Below are positions 38,614 to 54,661 of a DNA stretch of 64,000 nucleotides, piece after piece. Each line of letters opens with the position of its first letter. The first letter of the stretch is position 1. The notes below the pieces were generated by a model. The model had not been told where the DNA came from and did not search any database. It saw only the letters and a program-made list of their open reading frames with translations. This DNA comes from Phoronis australis (lineage: Eukaryota > Animalia > Phoronida), in contig NMRA01000083.1 of NCBI GenBank assembly GCA_002633005.1, positions 773,161 through 837,160 of the forward strand. The letters are read 5' to 3'. The position numbers and the translations under genes are program-made.

Positions 38614-41600
38614 CTATGTTGAGCCTACCGCACCAAGTCAACTGAGAATTATGATACTTCCTACCGATAGATGGCGCGACATTGCATCCACACCAATGAC
38701 CTGACCAAGACTAAGTGAAATGTTTGTCATTCCACCATGCAGCTAATCAAAAAAATTAAAACGAAAAACAATTCGTCACGTTTGATGAAGAGATAGATCT
38801 CTTACATGTAAACCTCGGAGTAATCTCAAACAGGCGTTAATGGTTAACAACACACTGAGTTATATCAATCGCCAACAGCGCACACTACATAAATAATGTT
38901 ACACGAATTAACTGTTAGCTGAGCTGTTAGTGAGAGAAGGAAGACAGATCACTGCTGTTGGGTTGATAAGTGTCACAACTGCGTTATGTAGAGCGCTCAC
39001 CACCATCTGGTTATCAACAACGTTATCAGAAGAAGGTTCAAACATTAGTTGATCAATGTAATACATACAAAGCTCTTAAAATGCTATATGATGCAAAATA
39101 TCACGACAACCTTTTAAAGTGGTGGTGTGGTACAAATATGATTTGAGCATAACTCATGGATATCATTCGGATAACTTCTAACTTCACAACTAACAATTAG
39201 GGGAAATATGAAGACTTTCACAAACATGAAAATAGTACCGATTAGTTCCGTCATCGGCCTAGTTAATGGTTTAAACAAAGAACATGCAAAACGACACAAA
39301 TAAAATGTAATATAAAGATCAGTTACTACCACGACAATGTTAACATCAGTTATATACCACCACGGCAATGGTTTTAATGGTACTCATGTGTCTTCACAAG
39401 GTCGGACATCGAGTGCGGTAGGGCAGTATGAATCACAGATATTTGAGTAACTCAGAAAGCATTCATTGTTGTGTGAACAGAAACTGACGTTTTCAACAGC
39501 GGCTGAACAACTGCGTATAAAGTTACGAGACCCAGGTTGAAAAAATCTCGGATCTGTTCATACTCACGGCCATCCAACACCGACACAAAAAATAGTAATT
39601 GCACACTGTGGTTATATTTTTACAGACTGAAACCATGCCTTCAACCGTCACCGCGGCTGGGTTCCGCATTTCCGCCGCCGAGCACGTTGCTTGCAAGTCT
39701 CCGCAAGATATGGTCTAGCGTCATTCAGCGCGCAGTCGGCCTCGTGGAAGCCATAACTACAGTCAAGTTCCCGACTGTACTGGCTGACTTCCTTATTTGG
39801 GAAGTCACGTGAATTGGCTAGCCCGACAAGCGTCGACACTTCCGAATTAAAAAGGGTAGAGAGAAATAAAACACCGCTTGTTTGTTATTTTTAAGTACAT
39901 AGTGCATCATTATAAATATCCTGTACACAGTATAAGACGAAGACAGGGGTACAGTCTGTTGGATAAGGTTGCATCAGCTGTCCACACTTCTCATCCCATT
40001 AAGGCACAGGGTTGTCCCATAAGTCATCACATGTAATGCCTCTTGGCGCTTTCTGGACAATGCATATTCACCGTACTGAAGATTTCGTAATAAACATTAA
40101 GTCATCGCTTCAGTTGTATTTTGCTTTTAGTTCCACGTTGATTTCCGCCTGGTGACGTCACGGCAAAACCCTAAAAATCTTACACCCTGCGTACATGATG
40201 CAATATACTGCATATAGGATACTCGGAATAACGTAGAGTAATCCTAAAACAACAAAAAAACAGCTTCTTAAAATGCGAAATTGACAGGGCCCAGTATTGG
40301 GCGAGGCGTGGCTTTTCCATATAAGACAAAACAATCATGGACTGTAGTTTCGACTTTCACGAAGCCGACTGCGCGCTGGTGGCCAGAACGAGACTAGGGA
40401 CGAGAAGAGTCTCGACTAATACATGAAAAATTTACAGAGGTCGGTTTTCAGAAAATAATGAGGCGTGCGTATCAGCAAAAGGACCTTGCTTAAACTTTAA
40501 CACAATTCCATTGTTATTGCCAGGGCACATCTTTAACCTATATTCTACGAGACAAAAGATATCCTGTACGAATAAGCGATTGGCAACTGTTGGCGGACTG
40601 TCGGTTTTTACAGTTTTGTCTGCACAGTTGATGCCCAATGATTAAGTACAACACATGGTTCGGAGTCGGAGGGCAAGCGATTCAGACAAACTGGAACGCA
40701 TTCAACACCCGAAAACTCTCCACGTAATTAATGTGAAAATTGCAACACAGAGAACGCTGGACAATTTTCAAAACGGCGTCATTGTAATTTCACGCGCACG
40801 CCTCTTATTCCTTCAATAAAAACCCACTGTCATTAATTGGAGAAAAAAATGTTCCACTATTCATTCTGTCATTGATATTGAAACTTTGGCTACAAATCGT
40901 GGAAAACTACAGTTGCACCGAAGCCAAAACACATTGTTTTAACAGAAGAACCACTATCGAAAGTTCCCAAGCAGTTAAACCGAAATTCTTGAATTAGGAC
41001 ACACAATGTAATACGAAAACTTGTTTTGTAGAATTTCTCCATAAAATTAATCAAGAGCGGATTGGATGGGTCAAAAACTGGTCAGTTTCATAGTAAGAAA
41101 AACAAAAAACACCACAGTATGAAATTAAGAAATATGAGTTGCAGCGTTTTCATGATTCGCACAATATACATGTATCAACTTCGTTAGGTGAACCGGGCTG
41201 TGCCTCTGTCATCGCCTAACAGGGCAAAAATAAGAAAACCTGTAACGTGTAGTTGTCATAAAATGCGGGGTAAATACTTGCTTCAGCCAGCACTACAAGT
41301 AGTATTTAGAAATTGAATGTTTGACACACAACAACCATTCTTGTACTTGAGAATTGAGGAACGACTACGACAAAACCAAAGGGTAGTTGTTGTGCGCCTC
41401 AAGTTGGCTACGGGCATAACTAATGATTTGTCAATGTGACACAATGAATAAGACACGACATTCCATTACCACACCAGTTCAAATGAGATGAACTGACATG
41501 CACACCAGTGACTGGCCTCGCGCCTGCAAGTGGAATGTATCTGGACATGACCCTTAGCCAACGCTATTAGTGCGATACAGAGGAAAGTCAAAGGGAGAAT

Positions 41601-42855
41601 ATTAATACGCGTAATAGCTTGTCAAGACGTCATGAGTTGTGCCTTTATCATTACAGCTATTTCACGAAGGAAATGGCGATCACGCCGACAAAAAAAAAAC
41701 TGTCGTGAGCTCCAATTGCCTTAACCGAGTTATGGGTCACGAAAAATGATCTTATAAGGACACGTTAGCTGTGGTATGTAGGTTAGTGTAATATGACCCT
41801 AACAAATGTATAAAGTCAGATGGCCAGTTACATATGACATTTGCAATTAACACTGCAGTTGTAACTAATTACGAACAAACTGTACTCTTGCCTGACGTAG
41901 GCCTTACTAAAATATGACCTCCACTCAAGAATTATTTTCCATCCACTAACTTTTCTGAATTTATCATGTTTGTTTTTCGGCATAATACTATTTTTCACCA
42001 CGAGTGTATACAAAAGCCCCTGGTGGCAGTTACTGCAGTTGTATAAACCAGCAGACGCAACATCTGCTGCGTAACGCTGTTGGGCGCGAAAAGCATCAAC
42101 TGTCAGTTGAGCTGACCGTTGCCGTCAGGGGTCAAAGGTTAGACAATGCCGGTGGAAACCGCATTAAAAACCAATTAAAATCACACAATAAAAAGCTTAA
42201 CACAGGTGCAATATATTACGATGGCTACGTTATCCCAAATGAGAATATAATTTGTAATGATAACATGATAAAAAGGTGTTTCACGTAATACGGTATCAAT
42301 GGGCATCTTAACCGCGATGTTGCTGAGTGATCGATGTTGCCCAAACAACGTGTCATCTCTTGTGGTCAACGACATCTTGCACCACGAGAAGGATTGAGGT
42401 TCAAGAGATGGTAGGGACACTTTCAACATAATATTTTAAACCAACACGCAGGAAACGAATTCATATAAATTACTTCAAGAATGTTCACATGGCAACAATA
42501 TGGAGCACTCATCGGGTGGGTACTTCACGGATATTGGCAGAGACAGCGGTTTACAAAAATAGACCACTCACGCTATGGTGCTTCAGAGCTGTTCATTTCT
42601 TCGTGAAAAATGCATGAGACATTGTTTAATGAAGTTTCAACAAACCTGTAAACCAATCTAACATTCTTGTTTTTTCAAAAAAAAAACATACATGTTCTAT
42701 ATTTTGAACACCGCACAATACAAGAGTAACACGGGGAAACTGATTGTTTAAATTATTTTTGTTTCAAAAGTGCCATTTCATAACTTGAAATCTCACGCCA
42801 GTACTTAGTCGTTACAGACATTAGCCTACAAGAGGAGCTCTAAATAACGATACTA

Positions 42856-42966
<111 letters not shown>

Positions 42967-43704
42967 CTAGAAAACAAGGGGGATACTCTCAGAGCGATCT
43001 TAACTGACCCTTTCACCCCTGTAAAATCCAACAGGTCCGTTACCATAGCAGCACAACGGGTAGCCCTCATGGTGATCACAGCAACGTATCACGTGGTACG
43101 TTTTTGAAAGAAAGGCGGTTACGGCGGTTAACGACTTAGAGGATTTGCCGCCGAAATGGCATTGTGACATTAACACAAACAGCAGGTCCTCGTTGGAGAT
43201 TCAACAATCACAGGAAACTTTACCCAAAACGTAAAAAGCCAAAGACGTCATAACTGAAGATGTTCCACTAGATAAACTAGTGAGTCACACACTTAAAGTT
43301 AAAATCTCCAAAGAAATTACCAATAATTATCCATCTGATGACGAAAAATACTTACTACTCAACCATATTCACATGTAGGCTACCGACCAATGTCTAGTAA
43401 TAAGCACTATGTTATCACTCCACGACTTGAGAAAAGCCGCAATGCTGACATAAAAAAAACGTTAGGAGACTCGGGAAGCAGTGAATCGATCACAATTTTG
43501 GAAAAAAATAATTTCATAAGTGGCGCAACTAGATGATAAAATGTGATTCACACAAGCATCCGGTGGCACCATAATTGACGATTTATTCGTGTCCGTCAGT
43601 CTCATTGAGCGTTAATAGGTCGACCGAATCGATGATAATCAAGGTTAATTTTATGAAAATTGCTCATTTATGTGAAAATTTTAATGGCAGCAACGAAAGA
43701 TTAC

Positions 43705-43761
43705 CTTAGCTCCAATCTGGTTGCCACACTGACCGACTTGAAGATGGACAATCTCACGCAT
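43705..43761 (-). CDS. TUBB: Beta-tubulin A exon 1
   Basis: MREIVHLQVGQCGNQIGAK |gtaatc; full protein 445 aa. Confidence 0.97.
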
Positions 43762-44915
43762 GTTTTTAAGAGTGACTATTCGAAACACTAACTGTCTGAC
43801 GAGGCTTTCTGCGAAGTATGCTTGAACTTGATCCAACCGGCGTGTTCTTCATTAGCAAAACCGCATTCCGAGAGGGAAATCACTGTATTCGTGAGCCGGG
43901 AAACGTGTCGGCGAGACCGAAGGTCCAAATGTCTTTAGGGAGAGCAAGTGAATATGTGCGTTACGTCACAATAAGGACCATCGGGGCCAACGTCATCAAA
44001 AAATATGCACATGTACTTTCATAACTGTAGAAGAAAATGACATAGAACAGTGAGTCAGGTTTGACGAGGGATTCTACAGTCGGGTTGAAACGGAACGTTT
44101 ACCTGAACGAAAATTGGTCCCTCCCCGAACTGAAGTTGTTTCATGCTTATCCGCCGTAAAAAGCAACTTTCGGCGATTTACATGGAACACTACTCTTTAA
44201 AATCTGTTTGTTCTTCTCCTTAATTTAGATTGGAAATTATTTCTAGGCTCAGTGAGAAGAATGGCTGACAGGTATTACCTCCGCAGAAACGCGCCATTAA
44301 GTTGTTTGTCACGGGCGGCAGTGCTGTAGGGGCGCATTGTTCAAACGCGCTCTTCTGGCTAATGCTCCTGAAAATGCCTTTTTAAATTTCCAATTCTTCT
44401 CCAAAGACGTAGATGATCAACCAACAGGAATAGATAAGGGTCATCGCTAATGACCTTTATGAAGGCTGAACACTGCATATCGATTACACTGGGGATTCTA
44501 ATTTCTAATCAAGTCGCACTGAAAGACCTCTAACAAAGTACGGAAATTTTTATACTTCTTAGCTGATGTAATTCACATTTTTAAAGTTATTCATACAAAG
44601 AACCTCGTACTTGAAGCAGAAAATCAATTCATTGAGTCGCAGTGGTTCCGGATGCTAACACCCTTGACACCTATTTAAAATGGACTCGCTCGACCGATTC
44701 ACGTCGACATGTATGAAAATAATCCTTGGTTGAAGCGAACAAACCTCATTTAAATATTCAGTGTCGATCTTCACCACCAACAGCCAATGGGAACCTTAAT
44801 GAATATGTAGAGTTTGTCTTGGATATATATTGGTGACGCTGACTCATAACGTTAATTTCGATTTAGTGTGGCGTGTTGGCGGTAGGCGACTTCGTTGTTT
44901 TTTTAAACACTCAAA
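43762..44915. promoter_or_regulatory. Divergent promoter region between the two beta-tubulin genes
   Basis: 1154 bp between start codons; CCAAT 44784, TATA-like 44824, TGACTCA 44840; CRE-like acgtca near 43963 and 43990. Confidence 0.6.
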
Positions 44916-44972
44916 ATGCGCGAAATTGTTCATCTGCAAGCCGGTCAGTGCGGTAACCAGATAGGCGCAAAG
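44916..44972 (+). CDS. TUBB: Beta-tubulin B exon 1
   Basis: MREIVHLQAGQCGNQIGAK |gtatgt. Confidence 0.97.
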
Positions 44973-45058
44973 GTATGTTTGAGCTCCTATTAGATGTTTG
45001 ACTCAAACTATTTTGTTGTTTGAAAAATACTGACTTAATATTCAGGCTGCTGAACCAG

Positions 45059-45072
45059 GTTGCGATGGCAAC
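45059..45072. promoter_or_regulatory. RFX X-box-like motif in beta-tubulin B intron 1
   Basis: GTTGCGATGGCAAC, one mismatch from the palindromic X-box GTTGCCATGGCAAC. Confidence 0.55.
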
Positions 45073-45679
45073 CGGTATCGCAATGAGCTCAGTGGAATCT
45101 GGGCGTGTCGCAACTAACCGAAAATTGTTTCTTTACTTTACTATGTAACGTTAACTAGGACGCCTGACTCGGTCCAAATCACCGCTCAAGTTTAAGTAAT
45201 ATTCGTCTCTTGCCAGTTTATAATCTCTACCGTATCCATGGTTAACTGAAGGGCATGTTTCATTGTTTCCATGACTCAACGAACCGAACATGAGAATGTT
45301 TGGTTAGTCTGGCACGATTACTCATACGCCTTCTGTTGTGAAACAGCTGTTCTGTCTGTTTGTTACACGCAAACATGGTTGACCCTCGGTTCTTTGGCGC
45401 AGCAGCAGATTTGGAGCGGGGGTGGGGCCGTCGGCACACCGGTAGGGCTGTAGTTGCCCCCTTGCGATACCCGCGGTACACCAGTGGCAGTGTTATCTCT
45501 CCAGTTTTGAAAATTTGGATCAAAGAGTTGCTTTTCGATATTTCCCCAGTTCCTGGATAATTCATTGTGAATATTTTAGTTGTCCTTTTCAACCCTTAGT
45601 TTTCAAAATAATTCAATTAACACAATTCGCTTTTGCGTAGTTATAATTGTGTTTGAAAACACTTTTGTTGTTTTAATAA

Positions 45680-45913
<234 letters not shown>

Positions 45914-46941
45914 TAAAAATTGCACTTATAAAATGACATATACTGGCTTCAATAAAACCGAAGAATCTCTAGGGAATAAGGGAAAGAATTCCGCTGTATG
46001 TGCTCATCGTTCAGTGCATTGATTAGTGCGCTTCTCGTCTGATCTTACTAATCAGCGGCCTAACTCATCTACTGCAGCAGACGCATGAATCATGCTGAGG
46101 TTGAAGTTTACTTTTCCGGTCGATATTTTATCGTACTTATGAGGTACCGCATTCATTTGTTATTCTGCAGGGTGATGATAACCGTTGTCTGCAGATAATG
46201 CTGAACAGAAAATAGTTAGCTGCGTAAGACCAGTTTGTTGAGTGTTTGGCGAGATCACGCGATTAGTCTTTGCCAGTCGTGTCGCGTCAACTCTTACGAC
46301 AAAAATGTTACCTTGATTGTGATTTAGCCGTCAAGGAAGAGTGTAGTTTTTAATGACACTAATTTTGTGTCAGAATTGAATAATACACGTGTTGTTGCAT
46401 TCTTTAACAATAATTGCGGATTAAGTTTCCGGAGACTTTTTTCCGTGATTATTGTACGTTGTGTTAGACGTGTCTACGACCGTCTTAGCTACGACCGGAT
46501 TTACGATCTTTGATAAAACACGCATTGAAATTGTTTACTTTCTGACATCATTTGGAGGTGTTTTTGTTGTAGTATAATTTTTGGTCTACTGGCCTACACC
46601 AACCTCTAGCCTAGGCCCTATTAGTACATTGGCACGGAGTTTCAATCGGTCCTTTCTCCGGCCATCTTCAGGTTTTGCATCAAATGATGAGCACTTTTCT
46701 GGAATTGACATACCTCTTGGTGCACTGCTTGATTTGAACCTAAGACCTTTTGGCAGTCAATGCATCACTCTAACAACGAGTCATGGAAATGCTTTGAGCA
46801 CTAGATAATTGACAACTGATCTGAGGTGTCGCTCGTAGTAATGCTAGACTCGCGTTAGACTTTTAAAGGCACTGCCCTAAATGGCTAAAGCATCTGAAAA
46901 TTTTTAGCCATTTTCAAAAATTATTAGCCAAATACTTTCTC

Positions 46942-47150
46942 TTTATCCCCAAGGTTACGGCGGGAGTGACTCCATCCACATGGGCATGATGTTGACCTAA
47001 AAAAGTCGGCCGGGGTTCCCTTTATCCCCAGATTACGGCGAGGGTACGCCGGCCACATGGGCATTTCATTGATGTTGACCTAAAAATTGGGCAGGGGTTC
47101 CCCCCTATCCCTGGGTTACGGCGGGGGTACGCCGGTCACGTGGGCATTTT
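46942..47150. repeat. Degenerate ~80-bp tandem repeat, ~2.5 copies
   Basis: tatcccc..gttacggcg...ccacatgggcat...gatgttgacctaaaaa...ggggttccc is repeated. Confidence 0.75.
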
Positions 47151-49654
47151 GATGAGCAAGACATTTAGGTCCAAAAACGTTAACGTTTCTTGTGACTTGT
47201 AAAACAAAGCTAAATCCTGTAGAATATTGAATATCATACACATTAAGTAACAAATTGACATTTACCTTGCTTTCTTTCGGCCGCCGCCGAAATAGTGTTG
47301 AGGTTGTCACTTTCAGACAAGCGGCATCACCTACACGAGATCTCGCAATGTAGCGTGAAATCGCAATTACCAAGAGCGCTGCCCTCTTCCCGACACAGTT
47401 GAACATTTCGTTGCGGTAAAAGAGTGATTTTAGGGGGATACGAAATGGATCATTCGCTTGCTATTTTTTAGGACTCGGGATCTAAGTAAGAATGTCGTTT
47501 GCGGCGCGACTCTGACTGCCAGTCTCGAAATTAATTTTTATTGTCAAGTCAGTTGCGAAAGCATTCGCCAAGATGGCGAATGGTCTTAGCTCCACTATCG
47601 CCAGTACCGCTCGCAATTTGCCTACGGCGAGCGGCTGGCGCGAGCGTAGTAATGAATATATATATGTGTGTGTGTGTAGTTTATAAGCAATTACTACATG
47701 AAATTGATATTTATTCATTTTAAAAATGCTAGCCTACTTCAGTTGATTGTAGTATACAATGACGTTCCACTGGAAGTGGGCAGAAGTGTTCTTGGTACAG
47801 TACCACCAAGCACAAGTGGTCGTCTGGTATTTTGTTGTTGAGAATTGTCTCTTAAGCATTGGTCTAATGTTGTTTTCTCACATCAGAATTAAACCACCAG
47901 AGATTGGTTATACAGGACCTACAAAATTGTCCAAATTTGGCTAACCTCGGAACATCATGTCTCAGAAATGGCTGATCGAATCCACATGAAACCTCCAAGT
48001 GTTATGCTTTACACACTGTTCTCCAAGTCGTTTTGAGGAGTTGCTCAGATTAAAATGTCCCACGTCTGCGCGAGCGGCTATAAGTGATTTGGTCTCTTAA
48101 GAAGAAAAAGTAAAGTTTCATAAAACAAAACTACTTAAGTAATCGGCGGTTTTGAAATTTTATCTTTACTAATTTATAAAACGTGCTGTGTTGTTGATAC
48201 CATGGGTATGCTACGCATGTACATTTTCCTGAGTTTTACTACGAAGACACGGTCACGTGAGTCAATTAAAAAAATAGCAAGTTGGCTTTCTACTTTCAGA
48301 AAATATAAACATCTACTGAGTTGGAATCCATACTTTTGTAGACACACGTATTTAGCTGAATGGAGAAACTTGTCGATAAGGTCCTACAGAATAACATTGA
48401 TCGATATTTAATGCAAAAAGCGTTTGGTGGCGAGTTTTTCTCCGGGGATTCGTCTGTGGTTTATGGTGTTATAGAACTTCCGAGCTCTTAACATTTCTGT
48501 AGCTGTAGGCGAGGTGATTCAGAAACCAATCGATTAAAAATGGATGCCTTTGTTCAGCCTCATTTCTCGATGTTACTCGTGTCTGAGATGAACATAACGG
48601 ACGTACAGGAAATGCATCAATGTTGATGATATCCATGACGTGATTTTTTTTGACACCGGCGAATAAGACTTATCATTTTCAGTTTATTCGCAGATTATAA
48701 ACATTTTCTTTTGTCACAGTTTCACTCAGCATTTTGTATTCATTTGTACACTCTTAGGCAAAGTTCCTATATTAAGCATTTTTTCCGACCAGAGAAATAT
48801 TGACCATTCACACACAGTTTTCTCTGAAAGTTGGGACTGATAATTCATCTGTCCAATTTAATGAGTCATTAAATAATTGATTAATACACAACTCATAATT
48901 AATAGCCAAGATGTCTACCTCAAAGTCTGTGTTAGGGTAAAACTGAAATTTATTCTCTATCGTTGTTAACATATGCAATCGATGAAAGCAACAGCATTCT
49001 GAATAGTAAGTTTGCACCTGTGGTTAACCCTCGTAATATATGTTGCAAAATAGATAAAAGTTCGGCTGATTCTGGTCTGTTATTTTTTGTCGTAAATCAT
49101 GCGGAACTTATTGTTAATACTGTTTTTTTCTAAACAAGTCATTGGAAGTTCTTAATAGGAAACAACAGAATTTAGTTTTAAAAATTATAGAAATTAACTT
49201 AAAACGACGCACACCGATGTAGTTTCATTACAATTTTTCTATTCGGTCAGCGGTTGTCGATAAAGTGGACGCGCAGACGAGGGAAGAGTTCAATAGCTGT
49301 CTCGGGGCGAGAAAAATCTAGACAACATCGCTCTCATTGAAAATACACAGTAGTATCTCGCGTAAACTCGCGAAGTCTTGTTTCTTATGGAGGCCCTAGT
49401 TTGGCCGAACTCCACACAAGAGAGCGTTCCGTAGACCTAGTTTCTCTCGAGAAAAGCGAGATCTAGCGTGACTTAGCTAAAAACACGTGACTGCAAAGCG
49501 ATACTGTACTTCGTGAGATTGCTTACTAAGCTCTCCTAGCTATATGGCCACTGAAATGATTGATTGGCGAATTTGGAGTGTTTAGTTGTGGGATTGAATT
49601 AGTGCTTTCGTTCCCTAAATGGAGATTTTCGCCGCTGATCCATAATTATCTTAG

Positions 49655-50089
<435 letters not shown>

Positions 50090-50175
50090 TAAGACAGCTT
50101 TGTTTGTATTTCGGCCTACTAAACTAATATATGTCGTGTTTTAAGCGGTTAGTTTGTATAACGTTCACTGTTTGA

Positions 50176-51033
<858 letters not shown>

Positions 51034-51229
51034 TTGCACCGCCGTGTTTGACGTGACCATGTCGGACATATACTTGCACCACGCTTGGAAGTATCGGTTC
51101 CAACTATGCCTTGAATGTCTAACTTATTTTGCTCCCACCTTCTATTTCTCTCAATAGGAACTAATAATTGCGACTTCCTTTTCTGTGAAAAGAAATATAT
51201 AACGTGTCATTTGTGTAATTTTCAGTTCC

Positions 51230-51235
51230 AATAAA
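51230..51235 (+). terminator. Candidate polyadenylation signal of beta-tubulin B
   Basis: AATAAA ~200 nt after the stop, followed by a GT/T-rich tract. Confidence 0.55.
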
Positions 51236-52896
51236 AATTTCTGTTGGATCCACGATGTCTTGTTTATCACAACTATTTGATTTATATCCGTCAAAAGTCC
51301 TGTTGTCAAAAACTGGGGTATTTGCGTTTGGAAACAACGTTGTAGCTTTCATTTCCTTTATTTGAGTATCACGAATCTGGTCTGAAGCAATAACACTCAT
51401 TTTTCAAGCCTATGTAATCTGCTTATTTTGGGTGCAGCAGTTGTTTTTGGTTCTTCAATAATTTGTGTAAGCGTACCTAATTGTGCAAGATTGAATAATT
51501 GATGAAAGGGAATATATAGATTCCTTCAACGCAGTTTGATTTATTCCAATTAGAAGTTAGAGATCGTTCACATATCCAGTCATCCAAAGGTGGCCACTTT
51601 TTTCCTCTTCCGGGTGTAACATGAAAACAGGAATCCCAGTATAAAACGGATATCCCGCAGTCGAAAACAGACTCTCGCACATTTAAAACCTCTAACCAGC
51701 CTGGAAAACACTAACTCCCTCCTTTAAAACACGAACCCTGACATTTGTAACAGGAATCCCGGGTATCGCACAATTTTCTGAGACCGTTCTTAGTAGCCTC
51801 AAAGTTTGAGTGAAAGCATCTTAAGTAATTTCCAGTTGTTTTCTGTATTTGTTTACTAAAATTGTCAATAATAAAACGTAACTTGTACTATACTAACTTC
51901 ACTCAAAAGACCTGCACCGTCACCAATTGCGCCGTTCTTACCCTCAAAAGAGTACTTAAACTCCTCATCGATCATTAAAACGGAATTTGGAATCGCAATT
52001 TCTGAGCTCGATGAATTCACTCTTTTGACGGATCACTGCTACAAAATTAGTTCTGAAATTTGGTTTGCTGGTATTAATACTATCAATTTGTAACGAAATG
52101 AAACTCAATTTCGATAATTTGTGACATGTACGCAACCTTTTAAAAGAAGAACAGTTGACTGAAAAATTGGGGAAAAACTAGCCAAATGAATAGGTGACGC
52201 AATATTTCATGGCGCCAGACGCAAAAGATTGCACCACTGACAACGTAAGCAGCAAAATATCTTATAACGCCAATCCGTCATAACTAAGTTGCCTAAAATT
52301 CTCATATAGTAAAATAACATATTCACATCTATTTAAATTAGGAAGATTTATTTTTCATCAAACAATGTTTGACGGAAAGTGCGAGAGTGATGTTTCGGTT
52401 TGCCCTGTCTGACGGATCCGCGGAGTTCTTGTTTAAAGGTCGACGTTGACGTTTTTCTGGCTGGTTAGCTGTTTTGAAGGTGCAGGAGTCTCTTTTCGAC
52501 TCCGGGATATTTGTTTCACCGGGATTCCTGTTTCGATGGAACACCGTGCTCCTCCGTCCTCGACCCCACCCAGCCTCCACTAATTAGGCCATCACAGCCA
52601 ACCGCCTGTTTTTTGGAAGAACCAACAGTTTGTTGGAGATTTCATCATGCAGGTGCTCAAAATAACACTGTTTCTTTGTTTGAATCTTACTATTTTCCGG
52701 AGTCCACTTTCTTTAGTAATAAGATCGTAAAAATGTGTTCCAATGTCCCTTGTTTACAGCAACGCATACCACATGTATTTTTACATTATGAAAAAATTAA
52801 ATTTATTTGTTGATTTCCATATAAAGCCCTACATTGAAACCTATGCAACGAGTTTTGCACAGCATATTTCAAAGCTACATCATAGATGTTAGCCCA

Positions 52897-54661
52897 TTTT
52901 TATGTGCTCATATATTTATATGTGGGCGCATTATGCCGTCATCCGCGACCGTCCGCCCGGCGTCCAATGCTCTATCTCCAAAACACTTTGATGCATGTTC
53001 ATGAAATTTCGCACATATTTTCCTTTCATAGATGAGATGACACGAGTGAATTTTCCAACGGATCCGACTACCGGTGTACCCCTTAGTGACAAATATAATT
53101 TTTTACGTTTACCTCTGTATCTTCAAAGGTCCTCAACGGATTTTCATAAAATTTGGCTAACAGGTATCCGTTATAGTGAGATTAGGCTACCCTTCCGTTT
53201 CTGGATGGATTCGAGGTGTTTTGTGCCACCTACTGGCCATTTTTACTCTTTTCGAGTCTGGTTTTTGGCGTGCACCCTTCTATCAACCAAACCATTCTGA
53301 AGATGATTTTGAAAATTAGGGTTTATGTTTTCTAGTGTGAAGAGAACGGCTGATGACTATTTCCGGAAGACTCTGACTATTGCCTCCTAGTAGCAGTTTT
53401 TTGCGCCTATGTCTGTATCTCCCAAACCTACGACATGATCTTTATTAAATTTGGCAAGTGTATTTATATGAAGTTGACAACGGACAACGACAGCATTCGG
53501 ACGCAATCGACTACCGCTGTAGCCCCTAGTGGCAATTTTATTTTTTTGTTGTCCTGTGTATCTTTCAAACTCCTTGGCAGATTTTCATGAAATTTAATTA
53601 ATAGGTTTCTATTAAGGAGTCGACAGGTTCCCGTTTTCGGATAGATTCGAGATATAGCGGGCCGTTTTCGTTATCTTGAAATTTTGCAAATGGGTTTCTA
53701 GAAATGACGACGGTTTTTCATTTTGGGGGTGATTTGACGTATTCTGCGCCACCCAGTGGCCATTTAAAAAAAAATTAGTATGTTTTTGACGTCACCCTCT
53801 CCATCCACCAAACTGCTTAAAGGATCATTATTAAAAACTGGAGACGTGTTCCTGATGAGAAGACCGAGGTTGACGTTGATTTTCGGACGTGTTCAACTAT
53901 TCTTGCACCCCCTAGTGGCAATTTGTTTTTCGTCCACGGCTGTATATCCTTTACCCTATAGCAAAGATGTGCTCCTATGGAGATGGCAACAGATGACGGC
54001 GAGTTTCAGACCAACTACAACTGCTGTGCTCCCTAGTGGCAATTTATTTTTCATGTTTGCCGCTGTAACTTCCGAGTTCCTTGATGCTTTTTCATGAAAT
54101 TCGAAAAACAACTAGGCTTTACAACACTTTTCCCTGTTGTAATTGATTCGACGTATTCTGCACCAACTAGTGGCCTTTTTAATTATTTTTAGTCTATTTT
54201 TGTCCTATGTTTCTGTATCTTCCAAACCGCGCCGAAGATCATTATAAAAGTTGGCAGATGTGTTCCTACTGACAAGAGCATGACTGACGTGGATATTCAA
54301 ACGGGTCCAACAACTGTGGTGCCCCCTAGTTACATTTTTCGCATCTACGGCTGTATCTCCTAAACCCCTAGCAAGGTATTTTCCTATTAACTTGGCAGCA
54401 GATGGACGAAATCGACTACCGCTGTGGTTCCTAATGACTTTTTGATTTTTTTTTACGCTAGCCTTTGTCTCTATGGAGTTCTTTGACGGATTTTCATGAA
54501 ATAGGGCAAATAGTTTTGAAAGACGACCACACATTCCCATTTTTGCATTGCCTCAATGTATTCTGTGCCATGCAATGGCCATTTTTTTTATAAACACCCT
54601 TAGAAGCACACACTTTGCCATGTAGTCGTGGGCGCATTTCAACGCTCTGCGTTGTTCTTAT
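52897..54661 (+). mobile_element. Helentron-associated interspersed element (HINE/DINE-1/pearl-like)
   Basis: T-run, decayed subTIR atgtgctcat with partner gtgggcgcat (52922), ccgtc-type microsatellite, ~150-bp degenerate tandem core, 3' subTIR gtgggcgcat (54628), hairpin caacgc-tct-gcgttg (54640-54654). Confidence 0.75.

Noticed and set aside
46172-46204. C/D-box-like GTGATGA...CTGA in a tubulin intron
   Set aside because: Only ~33 nt, too short for a snoRNA, and no terminal stem
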